A DNA stretch of 8,147 bases, taken from NCBI GenBank assembly GCA_051530055.1, contig JBMGUZ010000089.1, forward strand, positions 1-8,147, read 5' to 3'. Below are positions 6,800-8,147 of the stretch, piece by piece. Both the position numbers and the translations under genes were made by a program. Every line of letters starts with the position of its first letter. Positions within the stretch are counted from its first letter, which is position 1. This DNA is from Neoechinorhynchus agilis (lineage: Eukaryota > Animalia > Acanthocephala). The notes under the pieces were generated by a model. That model was not told where the DNA came from and did not search any database. It saw nothing but the letters and a program-made list of their open reading frames with translations.

Positions 6800-7305
6800 C
6801 ATCCGAACTTCTCCTCGAATGGCAATACTTAAAGTGATTTTATGATCTTTTTGCAATGCAAATTCTCTCTTTTAAGAATCGCTTCTATGGAACCTCATCA
6901 TTTTTCTCTTCTACTCTTATCATTTGCAACTTCGTGTACACGCTTACCAACGCTCTCATTAATTCAAATTTAGAACATAGGAGGATTGGCTACCACAAAT
7001 AAAGAAATGGTGCGATATAAAAATCAAGTGCTCCCAAATATTTGTATGATTGTATAAGTGATAATGAGCCAAGGCCTTGTTCGAATATGAAACATTTTTA
7101 ATTTCACGAACAGTTACAAAACAAAGCGACCCTGTCTTCATTATCTATCTCCGGAGAGAGGTCGGAAACGATGAACGTAGATGTATAGCTTGAATCCGTG
7201 TATTGCAGACCAGCATCTTCCTTAAATCTAGTGAGGAAACTCCTGAATTGTTTCCTAAATAAATCGGAGATGAAGTGAATTTTCAAAACTCCACCATTGA
7301 GCGAA
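6800..7305 (-). pseudogene. Second gag-like LINE ORF1 remnant (3' part), related to the ORF1 at 1095-2599
   Basis: One frame with three stops: GGVLKIHFISDLFRKQFRSFL...TFIVSDLSPEIDNED (PEIDNED 7154-7134, versus PEIDDED 1513-1533, 18/21 nt identical), YLGALDFYIAPF (7040-7005, versus SIGLLGFNVTF), PILLCSKF (6989-6966; cf. CxxC). Beyond it, a frameshifted knuckle remnant LHCKK-DHKIT-KYC (6861-6822). Confidence 0.55.
7248..7305 (+). repeat. 58-bp direct repeat, copy 1
   Basis: TTGTTTCCTAAATAAATCGGAGATGAAGTGAATTTTCAAAACTCCACCATTGAGCGAA; 56/58 identical to 7969-8026. Confidence 0.95.
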
Positions 7306-7968
7306 CAGGTGGCGCTGACAGCCGTGAGCCCTTTGACCCAGCTATTTCAAATAGAAGAGGACTACGAATCAGATCCTTGAATTGTACGAGTCTGCGAGCG
7401 CAATGGCGTAGGTGAACCCTGGCCAAATTGGCAAGGGACGCCAGAATGGATCTTGTGTTTTTACAAGAATTGCGCATAAGAGGGCAATCAGACAGAGACG
7501 TAAATCAGGAGGATATCTGCGGACAGTCGAGGAAATGGAGGTGTAGGCGTTTGTTTATCACCCCGTCTCCGACACTCAGCACTATGCAATATTATAACTG
7601 ACCGAATCCTTCATGTCAGCATAAAGCATCGGTCGAGAAATCTCTATGCTTTTGGCGTATATTCACCGACCTCTTCGTCGGATGATGAGGCGATTCCAAA
7701 AGGCACAATCGTCCCAAGCACTGAGGCATACTTCACTGGACCGATTTCCGTGAAGGAAGCGATCGCTGCGGCGAAAATGATGCGTGCGGGACGCGCATAA
7801 GGCCCAGATGGGATAATGGCAGAGGTACTGAGGTTTGAATCTATTGCCAGAAAAATCATACCGATAATGAATGGTGGCTCAGCACCTCAAATCTGGCAAA
7901 CGGCGCATTCAACAATGATCCCAAGAAATGCTGCTCGACAAAGGGAGAGGACTGCAGGGGTATATCCT
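7306..7968 (+). mobile_element. RTE-like non-LTR retrotransposon fragment (N-terminal APE fused to the RT-proximal region by an internal deletion; no 3' end)
   Basis: LRIRSLNCTSLR (7362), MDLVFLQELR (LQE 7461-7469), GNGGVGVCL (7531), VYSPTSSSDDE (7657-7689), then in the same frame FTGPISVKEAIAAAKMMRAGRA*GPDGIMAEVL (GPDG 7801-7812), WQTAHSTMIP and, after a shift, DCRGISFVS. The YxPT and RGIS motifs favour the RTE clade; that assignment is inference. Confidence 0.8.
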
Positions 7969-8026
7969 TTGTTTCCTAAATATATTGGAGATGAAGTGAA
8001 TTTTCAAAACTCCACCATTGAGCGAA
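7969..8026 (+). repeat. 58-bp direct repeat, copy 2
   Basis: Two substitutions relative to copy 1; offset 721 bp. Confidence 0.95.
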
Positions 8027-8125
8027 ATTGACTTAATATGATTGTAATCGTCTTTGAGTGATTTGAGCTACGGCACTTCGTAAGCCTTGTTAAGGGATTC
8101 CCTGGGTTGAACAGGTAATCGTCTT
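7969..8125 (-). pseudogene. 5' continuation of the second gag-like ORF1 remnant
   Basis: IRRLPVQPRESLNKAYEVP*LKSLKDDYNHIKSISLNGGVLKIHFIS reads in frame into the duplicated 58 bp and, across the RTE insert, into track ORF 7104..7286. Confidence 0.5.
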
Positions 8126-8147
8126 ATCGAGTTTAATTAATCGTTTG

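Noticed and set aside
6840-7000. Penelope RT thumb or GIY-YIG coding sequence upstream of the hammerhead
   Set aside because: LMRALV/KRVHEV resembles a PLE thumb only loosely, no GIY-YIG or RYVDD motif is present, and the same bases fit the gag-like ORF1 frame better.
7248-8026. CRISPR array or LTR pair from the 58-bp repeats
   Set aside because: Only two copies with a 663-bp RT-related interval, no TG...CA termini, PBS or PPT, and the repeat reads as part of the host ORF.

Overview
This window is a eukaryotic-type nest of decayed transposable elements. I recognise no intact host gene, rRNA, tRNA gene or CRISPR array. Left to right: (1) a minus-strand CRE-like non-LTR reverse transcriptase remnant (1-~1025). 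(2) A full-length two-ORF LINE (1039-5082, +) inserted into it, bounded by a perfect 13-bp target-site duplication; it has a gag-like ORF1 with three CCHC knuckles and an APE-RT ORF2, both broken by many stops and frameshifts. (3) A 330-bp tRNA-derived SINE (1851-2180, -) with A/B boxes, an A-rich tail and a perfect 10-bp TSD, splitting the third ORF1 knuckle. (4) A 154-bp TA-flanked MITE (5348-5501). (5) An unassigned quasi-ORF (5976-6452, -). (6) A minimal Penelope-type hammerhead ribozyme motif with AATAAA (6612-6665, -), next to a perfect 16-bp palindrome. (7) A second, related gag-like ORF1 remnant on the minus strand, interrupted by an internally deleted RTE-like APE/RT fragment (7306-7968, +) that is flanked by an unusually long 58-bp direct duplication. 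Most ORFs in the supplied track are fragments or antisense shadows of these elements. All family assignments come from motifs read by eye; no database search was run, and the host organism cannot be determined.
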